Origin: Paraconexibacteraceae bacterium
GTDB lineage: Bacteria; Actinomycetota; Thermoleophilia; Solirubrobacterales; Solirubrobacteraceae
Direction of reading: 5' to 3'
NCBI GenBank assembly: GCA_963757775.1
Contig: CAVWSH010000001.1
Coordinates: 494,803-558,802 of the forward strand
DNA length: 64,000 nt
Made by a program: the position numbers and the translations under genes. The notes beneath the pieces are model-generated. The model saw nothing but the letters and a program-made list of their open reading frames with translations, did no database searches and was not told where the DNA came from. This document shows positions 55,192 through 64,000 of the stretch, one piece after another. The stretch's first letter is position 1, and every line of letters begins with the position of its first letter.

Positions 55192-56246
55192 CCCGGGGGC
55201 GCGTGCGTGGTGCGGCGGTGGATCACCTGCCACTCGGCGCGGTCGTCCGCGGCGTTCGGGGCGGTGGCGCCGAGGGCGAGCCGGGCGCACCGGACCCCCT
55301 GGTCGCGCAGGGATTGGGCCAGCGTGGTCAGTCCTGCCGCGGCAGCGCCGTCGCTGTCGTCCCATCCGGTGACGCGGACCGCGCCGGGGCAGGGGATGCC
55401 CGCCGCATCGAGCGCCCGCAGGGCGCCGAGGGCGAGCTCGTCGCTCATCGCGGCGATCGCGTCGGGCGCCTGCTCGCCGGCCAGGAGCGCGCGGGTGAGC
55501 GCCTCGCCGTGCGCGGCGCTGTTGTGGGGAGCCACGGCCACGCGCAGTCGCTCGATGGCACCGCCGGCGTTCGCCCACGCGTCGGCGAAGCCCTGCCAGC
55601 GGTGGCGGGTGACCGGGTAGGTGATGGCGGCCGGGTCGAGTCCGCGCGAGAGCCGCTGACGGCGCGTGCGGTCCGTGGGGAAGCTGAGCACGGCGGGCCG
55701 ACTCGCCCCGGCGAAGGCCGCCTGGGCGATCGCCGCCGCGGCGGCGCGGTCATCGATCCCGACCACCGTGAACCCCGGCCGGCGCGGCCCGGCGTGGATG
55801 ACCGCGGGCAGGCCCGTCGTGGCCACCGCGTCGAGGACGGGGTCGTCCTCGGTGGTGGTCCAGACGACGAACCCGTCGACGGCGGCCTCCGCGACCCTCG
55901 CCGTGTCGCTGGCCGCGCCGGTCGTCGGCACCAGCGTGAGCCCGACCGCTTGGGTGGCGCAGACCTCGGCGACGCCGCTGAGGAACCGGGCCGCCTGCGG
56001 ATCGTCGAAGGCGTAGGTCAGGCGTTCGCCGAGGATCACGCCGAGGCTGCCGGCGCGGCCGCGCCGCAGCGAGCGGGCGCCGGGATGAGGGCCGGGGTAG
56101 CCGAGCTCGTCGGCGGCCGCGCGGACCCTGGCCGCCGCCTCGGCCGAGACGCGCTCTGGCTGCGAGTAGGCGTAGGAGACCGTCATCGGCGACACGCCGG
56201 CGGCATGGGCGACCTGGGCCATGGTCGGACGGCGCCTGGACGACAT
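55188..56246 (-). CDS. LacI family transcriptional regulator
   Basis: PTMAQVAHAAGVSPMTVSYAYSQ HTH plus a sugar-binding fold. Paralogous in layout to the LacI gene at 630. Confidence 0.9.
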   Translation of the reverse strand: MSSRRRPTMAQVAHAAGVSPMTVSYAYSQPERVSAEAAARVRAAADELGYPGPHPGARSLRRGRAGSLGVILGERLTYAFDDPQAARFLSGVAEVCATQAVGLTLVPTTGAASDTARVAEAAVDGFVVWTTTEDDPVLDAVATTGLPAVIHAGPRRPGFTVVGIDDRAAAAAIAQAAFAGASRPAVLSFPTDRTRRQRLSRGLDPAAITYPVTRHRWQGFADAWANAGGAIERLRVAVAPHNSAAHGEALTRALLAGEQAPDAIAAMSDELALGALRALDAAGIPCPGAVRVTGWDDSDGAAAAGLTTLAQSLRDQGVRCARLALGATAPNAADDRAEWQVIHRRTTHAPPG

Positions 56247-56248
56247 GC

Positions 56249-56264
56249 TGTGTATCGTTACACA
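56249..56264. promoter_or_regulatory. Imperfect dyad TGTGTATCGTTACACA filling the 19-nt gap between the LacI gene and the divergent MFS gene
   Basis: Read directly. The outer TGTGTA/TACACA arms are symmetric. AT-rich island. Confidence 0.4.
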
Positions 56265-56265
56265 G

Positions 56266-57602
<1,337 letters not shown>

Positions 57603-57682
57603 TCGCGGAGCTACACGATAGCAACTTGGGCCTGAGCCGATCAACCCGCCGCGAGCGCGCGCGAGGGGCCAGAATCCCGCTC

Positions 57683-58609
57683 ATGGCCCACGTCTTCGTC
57701 ACCCGCCAGATCCCCGGCGACGCCCTCGAGCGCCTGGGCGCAGCGCACGACGTCGAGGTCTGGCCCGGCGACATGCCGCCCCCGCGCGAGGAGCTGCTCG
57801 CGGGCGTCGCCGACGCCGAGGGCCTGCTCTCGATGCTCGTCGACAAGATCGACGGCGAGCTGCTCGACGCCGCCCCGAAGCTCCGCGCGGTGGCCAACTA
57901 CGCGATCGGCTTCGACAACATCGACCTCGAGGCCACGGCCGCCCGCGACGTGCAGGTCGGCAACACGCCCGACGTGCTCACCGACGCCACCGCCGATCTC
58001 GCGTGGGCGCTGATGCTGGCTGTGGCGCGGCGCCTCGTCGAGGCCAGTCGCGACGCGCGCCACGGCCGGTGGCGCACGTGGGAGCCGCAGGGCTGGATCG
58101 GCGCCGACGTGCACGGCGCCACGCTCGCCGTCGTCGGCGCCGGGCGCATCGGCCAGGCGGTGGCCAAGCGCGCGTCGGGGTTCGACATGCAGGTGCTGAT
58201 GGTCGACCTCGGCGACGACCTGCACGCGGCGCTCGGGCGCGCGGACTTCATCTCGATCCACACCCCGCTCACGCCCGAGACCCGCCATCTCATCGACGCC
58301 GACGCGCTGGCGCACACGAAGCCGACGGCGATCCTCGTCAACACCGCCCGGGGCCCGATCGTCGACCAGGACGCGCTGGCCGACGCGCTGCGCGACGGCC
58401 GGCTCGCCGGCGCCGGGCTCGACGTGACCGACCCCGAGCCGCTCCCGCCCGACCACCCCCTCTACGACACGCCCAACCTGCTCGTCGTCCCCCACATCGG
58501 CTCGGCCACGACCACCGCCCGCGCCGCCATGGCCGACCGCGCGGTCGACAACCTGCTCGCAGCGCTCGACGGCAAACCGATGCCCTACGCGGTCGAGCCG
58601 CCGGCCTGA
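57683..58609 (+). CDS. D-isomer-specific 2-hydroxyacid dehydrogenase (glyoxylate/hydroxypyruvate reductase-like)
   Basis: AVVGAGRIGQAVAKRA Rossmann motif. The NTARG...D and PHIGSAT catalytic blocks. Confidence 0.9.
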   Translation: MAHVFVTRQIPGDALERLGAAHDVEVWPGDMPPPREELLAGVADAEGLLSMLVDKIDGELLDAAPKLRAVANYAIGFDNIDLEATAARDVQVGNTPDVLTDATADLAWALMLAVARRLVEASRDARHGRWRTWEPQGWIGADVHGATLAVVGAGRIGQAVAKRASGFDMQVLMVDLGDDLHAALGRADFISIHTPLTPETRHLIDADALAHTKPTAILVNTARGPIVDQDALADALRDGRLAGAGLDVTDPEPLPPDHPLYDTPNLLVVPHIGSATTTARAAMADRAVDNLLAALDGKPMPYAVEPPA

Positions 58610-58610
58610 G

Positions 58611-59570
58611 GTGAGAGTCGCCGTCGTCGACGTCGGCACGAACTCGACGCGGCTCCTCGTGGCCGACGTCGGCGATGACGGCCGCCTGACCGAGCTCGAG
58701 CGGCGCACCAGGGTCACGCGCCTCGGCGATCGGCTGGGCGAGACCGGCGTGCTGGGCGACGAGGCGATGGCGCGGGTGCTCGGCACCGTGCGGGAGTACC
58801 AGCGGGTCATCGAGGAGCAGGGCGCCGAGCGGGCGCTCGCCGTGCTGACGAGCGCCGTGCGCGACGCCGCCAACGGGGAGGACTTCCTCGCGCGCGTGCG
58901 CGCGGCCGGCGATGGGCTCGACGCGCGCGTCATCGCCGGCGACGAGGAGGCGCGGCTGACCTTCCGCGGCGCGACGAGCGAACGCGCCCCCGGCGACGCC
59001 ACGCCCACGCTGGTCATCGACGTCGGCGGCGGATCGACCGAGCTCGTGGTCGGCAACGGCGACGAGGTGAGCTTTCACGTGTCGACGCAGGCCGGCGTCG
59101 TCCGCCACACCGAGCGCCACCTCGCCGGCGACCCGCCGACCCCGACCGAGCTGCGCGCCCTGGCCGACGACGTCAGGGAGACCTACGCGCAGGCGGTGCC
59201 GGGACCGGTCCGCTCGGCGCCGCGCACGGCCATCGCCGTCGCCGGCACCGCGACGTCCCTGGGCGCGATTGACCTAGATCTGGAGCGTTACTCCGCCGAG
59301 CTCGTCCATGGTCATGTCGTGTCGCTCACCGCCTGCCGGAGGATCCTCGAGCGCCTCGCCGCCCTGCCGGAGGCGCGACGCCGCGAGGTCCGCGGCCTGC
59401 ACCCCGATCGCGCGCCGACGATCGTCGCCGGGGTGGCCATGGTCATCGAGGCCGTGGAGCTCTTCGGCCTCGATGCCATCGTGGTTTCCGACCACGACAT
59501 CCTGCGGGGCGCCGCCCTGGAACTGGTGCATCGGCCCCGTCCGAACGGTGGGGCCGACTCGTCCCGTTGA
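58611..59570 (+). CDS. ppx: Ppx/GppA family phosphatase (exopolyphosphatase)
   Basis: VAVVDVGTNSTRLLVADV and IDVGGGSTELV ASKHA motifs. GTG start. Confidence 0.9.
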   Translation: MRVAVVDVGTNSTRLLVADVGDDGRLTELERRTRVTRLGDRLGETGVLGDEAMARVLGTVREYQRVIEEQGAERALAVLTSAVRDAANGEDFLARVRAAGDGLDARVIAGDEEARLTFRGATSERAPGDATPTLVIDVGGGSTELVVGNGDEVSFHVSTQAGVVRHTERHLAGDPPTPTELRALADDVRETYAQAVPGPVRSAPRTAIAVAGTATSLGAIDLDLERYSAELVHGHVVSLTACRRILERLAALPEARRREVRGLHPDRAPTIVAGVAMVIEAVELFGLDAIVVSDHDILRGAALELVHRPRPNGGADSSR

Positions 59571-59889
59571 GCCGGGTCGCCGCAAACCGGCCGGCGATCC
59601 CAGCGGCCGACGGCGCTCGCGGATCGCGCTCGGCGACGGGCGCCGCCATACACCACATCACCACTTCTGTTGCCCGAACTGGACGTATGTTTGATGGCGC
59701 CACGATGGTCCGACGGCGGACAATCGCAGCGCTGGCGAAGGGGTGTTCGTGCCGTCATGGCGTGAGCTCACCGGCTGTCAGCCACATAGGTTCGGGCGAA
59801 GCCGCATCGAATCGGCGCCTCCCGCCGCCCGGACCGTCGAAGGCCCCTTCATGGCACGTACCCCTGCCCGTCCTGTCGGGGCCGACTTT

Positions 59890-59913
59890 GGAAGCCGCCT
59901 CCGGGCGGCTTCC
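59890..59913. terminator. 10-bp-stem hairpin GGAAGCCGCC-TCCG-GGCGGCTTCC, 7 nt beyond the GNAT stop
   Basis: Perfect inverted repeat, read directly. Weak T-run on the plus side (ATCGTTCTC). Confidence 0.45.
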
Positions 59914-59920
59914 ATCGTTC

Positions 59921-60325
59921 TCAGGGCTCGCGCAGGAGCTCGACGTACCCGCGGCTCGGCGCCGGCGCGCCCGCGTCGCGCCGGCGAAACCCGAAGCGCT
60001 CGTACAGGGCCAGCGCCGGCGCGTTGCGCGCGCCGGTGCCGACCCGCACGCGGCGCCCCGCCGCCTGCCCCAGCGCGTGCGCGACCAGCGCCGAGCCCAC
60101 GCCGCGCCGGAAGCGGGCGGGATCCACGAAGAGCCGTGCGATGACCATCTCGTCCTCGCCGTGCTCCACGCCCACGACGCCGACCAGCGCGTCGCCCTCG
60201 CAGCACAGCCAGATCTCCTCCTTGGTGGCCTGCAGCCGGGCGAGGCTCTCGTGCAGTGGCGGCAGGTCCGGGTAGCCGATCAGCTCGGCCTCGATGGCGT
60301 ACGCGGCGCGCTGGACGGCCAGCAC
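59921..60325 (-). CDS. GNAT family N-acetyltransferase
   Basis: ARLFVDPARFRRGVGSALV (Q/RxxGxG/A acetyl-CoA motif) and ALALYERFGF. GTG start. Confidence 0.8.
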   Translation of the reverse strand: MLAVQRAAYAIEAELIGYPDLPPLHESLARLQATKEEIWLCCEGDALVGVVGVEHGEDEMVIARLFVDPARFRRGVGSALVAHALGQAAGRRVRVGTGARNAPALALYERFGFRRRDAGAPAPSRGYVELLREP

Positions 60326-60359
60326 CCGCGCGGCGAGGTCCGCGTCGGCGAGATCGGCC

Positions 60360-62000
60360 CTAAGCCAGGTTCGATCGGCGGGGATAGACGACGTCCGGGT
60401 CGGTGAGGACGTTGACCAGGGCCGGGGCGCCGGCCGAGAAGGCGCGCTCGAGCGCGGGCTTCAGCTGCGCGGGACGCTCCACGAGCTCGCCATGGCAGCC
60501 GAGCGCCTCGACGACCAGGTCATAGCGCGTGCCCGGCCGCAGCTCGGCCGCCACCGAATAGCCATAGAGGAACTCCATGGGGTGCTTCTCGAGCGCCCAG
60601 ATGCCGTTGTTGCCCATGACCGCGACCACGTTGATGCCGAGCCGGGCGAAGGTGTCGAACTCCATGGCGCTGAAGCCGAAGGCACCGTCGCCCACCAACA
60701 GCACGACCTGGCGATCGGGGTGGGCGACCTTGGCCGCCAGCGCGTAGCCGGGCCCGCTGCCCAGGCACCCGAACGGGCCGGGGTCCAGCCAGCAGCCGGG
60801 CTGATAGGTGTCGACGACGCGGCCCGCATAGGACACGAAGTCGCCGCCGTCGCCGATGACGATGGCGTCGCGGTCGATGAGCTCGCCGAGGTCGCGGTAC
60901 AGGCGCATCGGATGCAGCGGGGCGCGGTCGTCGTCGAGCTCGGCGCGCTCGGCCGCGCGCTTCTCGTCCTCGGCCGCGCGCAGCGTGCGGACCCACTCGC
61001 CCGTGTCCGCCCCCGGGGAGGCCTCCGAGCGCAGCGCGTCGAGGATCCCGGGGATCGATCCGTAGAGCTCGGCCGCGACCGGGCGCGGGTGCTCGCGCAG
61101 CGGCTCGGCACGGTCGATGACCACCAGCTCGGTCGCCTCGCCGAAGGACTGCCCGAAGCCCAGCCGGAAGTCCATGGGCACCCCGATGACCAGGGCGACG
61201 TCGGCGCCCTTGAGGCCGTTCGAGCGCGCCCGCGAGAAGAACAGCTCGTGGTCGGCGGGCACGCAGCCGCGCGCCAGCCCGTTGAGGAAGACCGGGATGC
61301 CGAGCTCCTGAGCCAGCGCGACCAGGGCCTCCTCGCCGCGCCCCCAGTAGAGGTTCGTGCCCGCCATGATCACCGGGCGCTCGGCGTCGCGCAGCAGGGT
61401 CGCCGCGCGCGCGACGTCGGGGACCGGCCCGGCCGCGGCGTGCGGCAGAGGGTCGGGCTCCTCGGGCTCGGGCGCCTCGGAGAACACGACGTCCATCGGG
61501 AAGTCGACGAACGCCGGCCCGGAATGGGGCGTCACCGCCGCGGTCAGCGCCTCGTCGACGAGGGCGGGGATCTCGGCCGTCGTCTCGGGCGTGGCCGCGA
61601 ACTTCGTCAGCGGTCGCATGAACGGGACGTGGTCGAGCTCCTGCAGCGAGCCCTGGCCCCAGCGGATCGCCGGCGCGCGGCCGCCGAGCACGAGCATCGG
61701 CGAGCCGTTCTGCTGGGCCGAGGCGACGGCGCTCATGCCGTTGGTGACGCCCGGGCCCGCCGTGAGCGCCGCCACGCCGGGCTGGCGAGTCACCTTGGCC
61801 CAGCCCTCGGCGGCGAAGGCGGCGGCCGATTCGTGGCGCACGTCGACGAGGTCGATGCCCTCCTCGCGGCAGCCGTCGTAGATCGAGAACAGATGCCCAC
61901 CCGACAACGTGAAGAGCTTGGTCACGCCGTGCGCCTTCAGGCGCTTGGCCACCAGCCGCCCGCCGTGAAGCTGCGTGGACCGCTCGGTCTCGGTGCTCAT
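60360..62000 (-). CDS. Thiamine-pyrophosphate-dependent enzyme (acetolactate synthase/oxalyl-CoA decarboxylase family)
   Basis: N-terminal GPGVTNG and C-terminal TPP-binding [14 protein letters not shown]...NN motifs; 546 aa. Confidence 0.85.
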   Translation of the reverse strand: MSTETERSTQLHGGRLVAKRLKAHGVTKLFTLSGGHLFSIYDGCREEGIDLVDVRHESAAAFAAEGWAKVTRQPGVAALTAGPGVTNGMSAVASAQQNGSPMLVLGGRAPAIRWGQGSLQELDHVPFMRPLTKFAATPETTAEIPALVDEALTAAVTPHSGPAFVDFPMDVVFSEAPEPEEPDPLPHAAAGPVPDVARAATLLRDAERPVIMAGTNLYWGRGEEALVALAQELGIPVFLNGLARGCVPADHELFFSRARSNGLKGADVALVIGVPMDFRLGFGQSFGEATELVVIDRAEPLREHPRPVAAELYGSIPGILDALRSEASPGADTGEWVRTLRAAEDEKRAAERAELDDDRAPLHPMRLYRDLGELIDRDAIVIGDGGDFVSYAGRVVDTYQPGCWLDPGPFGCLGSGPGYALAAKVAHPDRQVVLLVGDGAFGFSAMEFDTFARLGINVVAVMGNNGIWALEKHPMEFLYGYSVAAELRPGTRYDLVVEALGCHGELVERPAQLKPALERAFSAGAPALVNVLTDPDVVYPRRSNLA

Positions 62001-62296
62001 CGCCGGACCCTATCGACACATGTCGCGCCCCTGTCGAAGGCGCTTGTGAGACCGCGCCGCCCCGCGCACCATGGGGCCATGACGACGACCGTCGACCTTC
62101 CCGCGCCCAACGCGCCGAGCGGCTACCTGCTGCCCGATCTGGCCGATCTGGTCCTCGAGCTCGGCGCGTCCTATCCGCTGCTCGGCTACCTCGTCTGCCC
62201 CGACGAGCAGTTCGACGAGCCCACGGCGCTCGATCCGGTCATCTACGCCGGGCTGCTGCACCCCTGAGCTCGCCTCGGCCTCGTCCGAGCGCCGCT

Positions 62297-62347
62297 GGGG
62301 GTGGCCCGGATTGACGGCGATTATCTACGTCGATACGGGCCACCCCC
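62297..62347. other. 12-bp perfect inverted repeat (GGGGGTGGCCCG / CGGGCCACCCCC) enclosing a 27-nt AT-richer loop, 21 nt beyond the lysA stop
   Basis: Read directly. The loop is GATTGACGGCGATTATCTACGTCGATA. Confidence 0.5.
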
Positions 62348-62368
62348 TGTCCCACGACAGCCGAGCGC

Positions 62369-63613
62369 CTAGACGTCCAGGCGCAGCAGGTCGTCGTAGC
62401 CCTCGCGGCGCACGACGACCCGCGCGTCGCCGTCGCGGACGAAGACCACGGGCGCGCGGCGCGCGCCGTTGTAGCCGTTGCGCATCGTGAAGCAGTAGGC
62501 GCCGGTGACCGGGACTGCGACGACGTCGCCCACGCGCGGCTCGCGCAGCGCCACGCCGGCCGACAGCACGTCGCCCGACTCGCAGTGGCGCCCGACGAGG
62601 TCGACCGGCCCGCCCCCGCCCACGCGGTCGACGACCGTCGCCTCGAAGCGCTGGGCGTAGAGCGAGACCTCGAGGTTGTCGCCCATCCCGCCGTCGACGG
62701 CGACGAAGGTCCTCGGTCCGCGCTTGACCGTGACCACGCGGTAGATCGTCACGCCGGCGCGCGCGACCAGGCTGCGGCCGGGCTCGATGACCAGCCGGGC
62801 GCCCGAGGGCAGGTGCTCGCGCGCCGCGCCGACCAGGACGGCGAGGTACTCGGCCACGCTGGGCGGGCGGTCGTCATAGGTGTAGCGCGCCCCGAGCCCG
62901 CCACCGAGGTCGTAGACGGCGAACTCTCCGTAGGCGGCCAGCGCCGCGACCGCCTCCCCGAACGGCGCGGCGTCGAGGATCTGCGAGCCGATGTGGACGT
63001 GCAGCCCGTCGAGGCGCAGCCGGTCCGAGCTGCGCAGGCGCTCGATGGCGCGGCGGGCATCGGCCGGGGCGAGGCCGAACTTCGAGTCCTCCTGGCCGGT
63101 TGCGACCGCGGCGTGGGTCTCGGGCCGCACGCCCGGGATGACCCGCACGAGCACGGCCTGCTCGTCGCGGACGAGCCGCTCGAGGCGATCGACGTCGTCG
63201 AGGTTGTCGATGACCACCGTCCCGACGCCGGCGTCGATCGCCCGCTCGAGGTCCTCGTCGGTCTTCGCGTTGCCGTGCAGGTAGATGCGCGCGGGGTCGA
63301 CGCCGGCGGCGACGGCGTGCACGAGCTCGCCCGCGCCGGCGACGTCGCAGCCCAGGCCCTCCTCGGCCACGGCGCGCAGGCCCGCCGTGCAGGGGAAGGC
63401 CTTGGAGGCGAAGATCGCCAGCGATTCCTCCCAGCGGGCGGCCAGCTCGTCGCGGTACTCCCGCGCCCGGGCGCGCAGCGCTCCCTCGTCGACCACGTAG
63501 GCCGGCGTGCCGAACTCGGCCGCGAGGTCGCGCAGCCGGCAGCCGCCGACGACGAGCTCGCCGCCGTCGTCCAGCGCGGCACCAGGTGGGAAGAGGTCGA
63601 CGAGGTCGCGCAT
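62369..63613 (-). CDS. lysA: Diaminopimelate decarboxylase
   Basis: FASKAF (PLP Lys), HVHIGSQ, DLGGGLG, EPGRSLVA and CESGD motifs. Start taken at MRDLVDLF. Confidence 0.9.
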   Translation of the reverse strand: MRDLVDLFPPGAALDDGGELVVGGCRLRDLAAEFGTPAYVVDEGALRARAREYRDELAARWEESLAIFASKAFPCTAGLRAVAEEGLGCDVAGAGELVHAVAAGVDPARIYLHGNAKTDEDLERAIDAGVGTVVIDNLDDVDRLERLVRDEQAVLVRVIPGVRPETHAAVATGQEDSKFGLAPADARRAIERLRSSDRLRLDGLHVHIGSQILDAAPFGEAVAALAAYGEFAVYDLGGGLGARYTYDDRPPSVAEYLAVLVGAAREHLPSGARLVIEPGRSLVARAGVTIYRVVTVKRGPRTFVAVDGGMGDNLEVSLYAQRFEATVVDRVGGGGPVDLVGRHCESGDVLSAGVALREPRVGDVVAVPVTGAYCFTMRNGYNGARRAPVVFVRDGDARVVVRREGYDDLLRLDV

Positions 63614-63644
63614 GCCGCGCAGTTCACCATGCGACCATGCCACG

Positions 63645-64000
63645 GTGCTTCGCGTCGCCGCCCTCGCCATCGCCCCGGTCAAGGGAATGCGGACGGTCGC
63701 CGTCGACGCGCTCGAGCTCGGGCCGAGCGGCCCGGTGGGCGATCGCGCGTTCCACATCCGCGAGACCGAAGGGAAGATCGCGCTGACGATGCGCAACCCG
63801 CGCCTGGTGCAGGTCGTGGCCAGCTGGGACGCCGCCGGGGACGAGCTGGCGCTGGCCTTCCCCGGCGGCCGGCGCGTCACGGCGCCGGTCGTGCGCGGCG
63901 AAGCCGTCTCGACCCCCTTCTACGACGGGCGCCCCGTCCCGGGCCACATCGTGGAGGGGCCGTTCGCGGCCGCCCTGTCCGAGCACCTGGGGCGCCCCGT
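63645..64000 (+). CDS. MOSC-domain protein, N-terminal beta-barrel part; 3' end lies outside the window
   Basis: A hand translation from the GTG at 63645 gives VLRVAALAIAPVKGMRTVAVDALELGPSGPVGDRAFHI..., which fits the MOSC_N pattern (I..L..YP[VI]K...G..GDR.F). The frame is open to the window end. Confidence 0.55.
   Translation, partial: MLRVAALAIAPVKGMRTVAVDALELGPSGPVGDRAFHIRETEGKIALTMRNPRLVQVVASWDAAGDELALAFPGGRRVTAPVVRGEAVSTPFYDGRPVPGHIVEGPFAAALSEHLGRP

Noticed and set aside
62079-62267. 62-aa ORF (MTTTVDLPAPNAPSGYLLPDLADLVLELGASYPLLGYLVCPDEQFDEPTALDPVIYAGLLHP) upstream of the TPP-enzyme gene
   Set aside because: The composition is protein-like, but there is no SD, no recognisable domain, and it is the tail of a long shadow ORF. 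Support is insufficient to list it as a feature.

Overview
Very GC-rich chromosomal segment (roughly 70% or more by eye). Gene content and codon style look like Actinomycetota, possibly the Thermoleophilia/Conexibacter-Solirubrobacter type, but that taxon call is only an inference. I support about 70 protein genes, one initiator tRNA-Met, several operator-like dyads and some hairpins. All functions were called from motifs recognised by eye; no searches were run.

Most of the window is ordinary core and metabolic content:
- Housekeeping: typA/bipA, lysA, msrA, gnd, ppx.
- Transporters: several MFS and one SSS.
- Regulators: LacI, MarR, TetR, GntR and PadR families.
- Enzymes: acyl-CoA dehydrogenase, CoA ligase, desaturase plus Cfa-like methyltransferase.

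No CRISPR array, transposase, integrase or prophage was seen.

Things the ordinary features do not explain:
1. A dispersed, exactly 50-bp palindromic intergenic element, present in five copies. Its 14-bp arms are invariant and its inner stem changes in a compensatory way.
2. A translationally coupled four-gene operon at 15910-18819. It encodes two paralogous proteins with an unassignable conserved module plus near-perfect 33-bp (11-residue) tandem repeats. One of them ends in a peripheral-subunit-binding (E3-binding) domain. A 75-aa protein and a histone-tail-like basic protein follow. This is my best candidate for an undescribed system.
3. A tightly coupled operon at 34589-37822: acyl-CoA dehydrogenase, an unknown protein, and two double-YbjQ(UPF0145)-domain proteins.
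4. A DUF4097 / sensor kinase / periplasmic sugar-binding lipoprotein trio with no response regulator.
5. A roughly 6-kb stretch (48.1-54.2 kb) with four disrupted genes (haem peroxidase, lepB, alpha/beta hydrolase, PP2C phosphatase), plus one more frameshifted SDR gene at about 40.07 kb. Several of the indels lie in G/C homopolymers, so sequencing error is a live alternative.

Many long Arg/Pro/Ala-rich ORFs in the track are antisense shadows of real genes and were ignored. Coordinates of non-ORF features were counted by hand and may be off by 1-2 nt.
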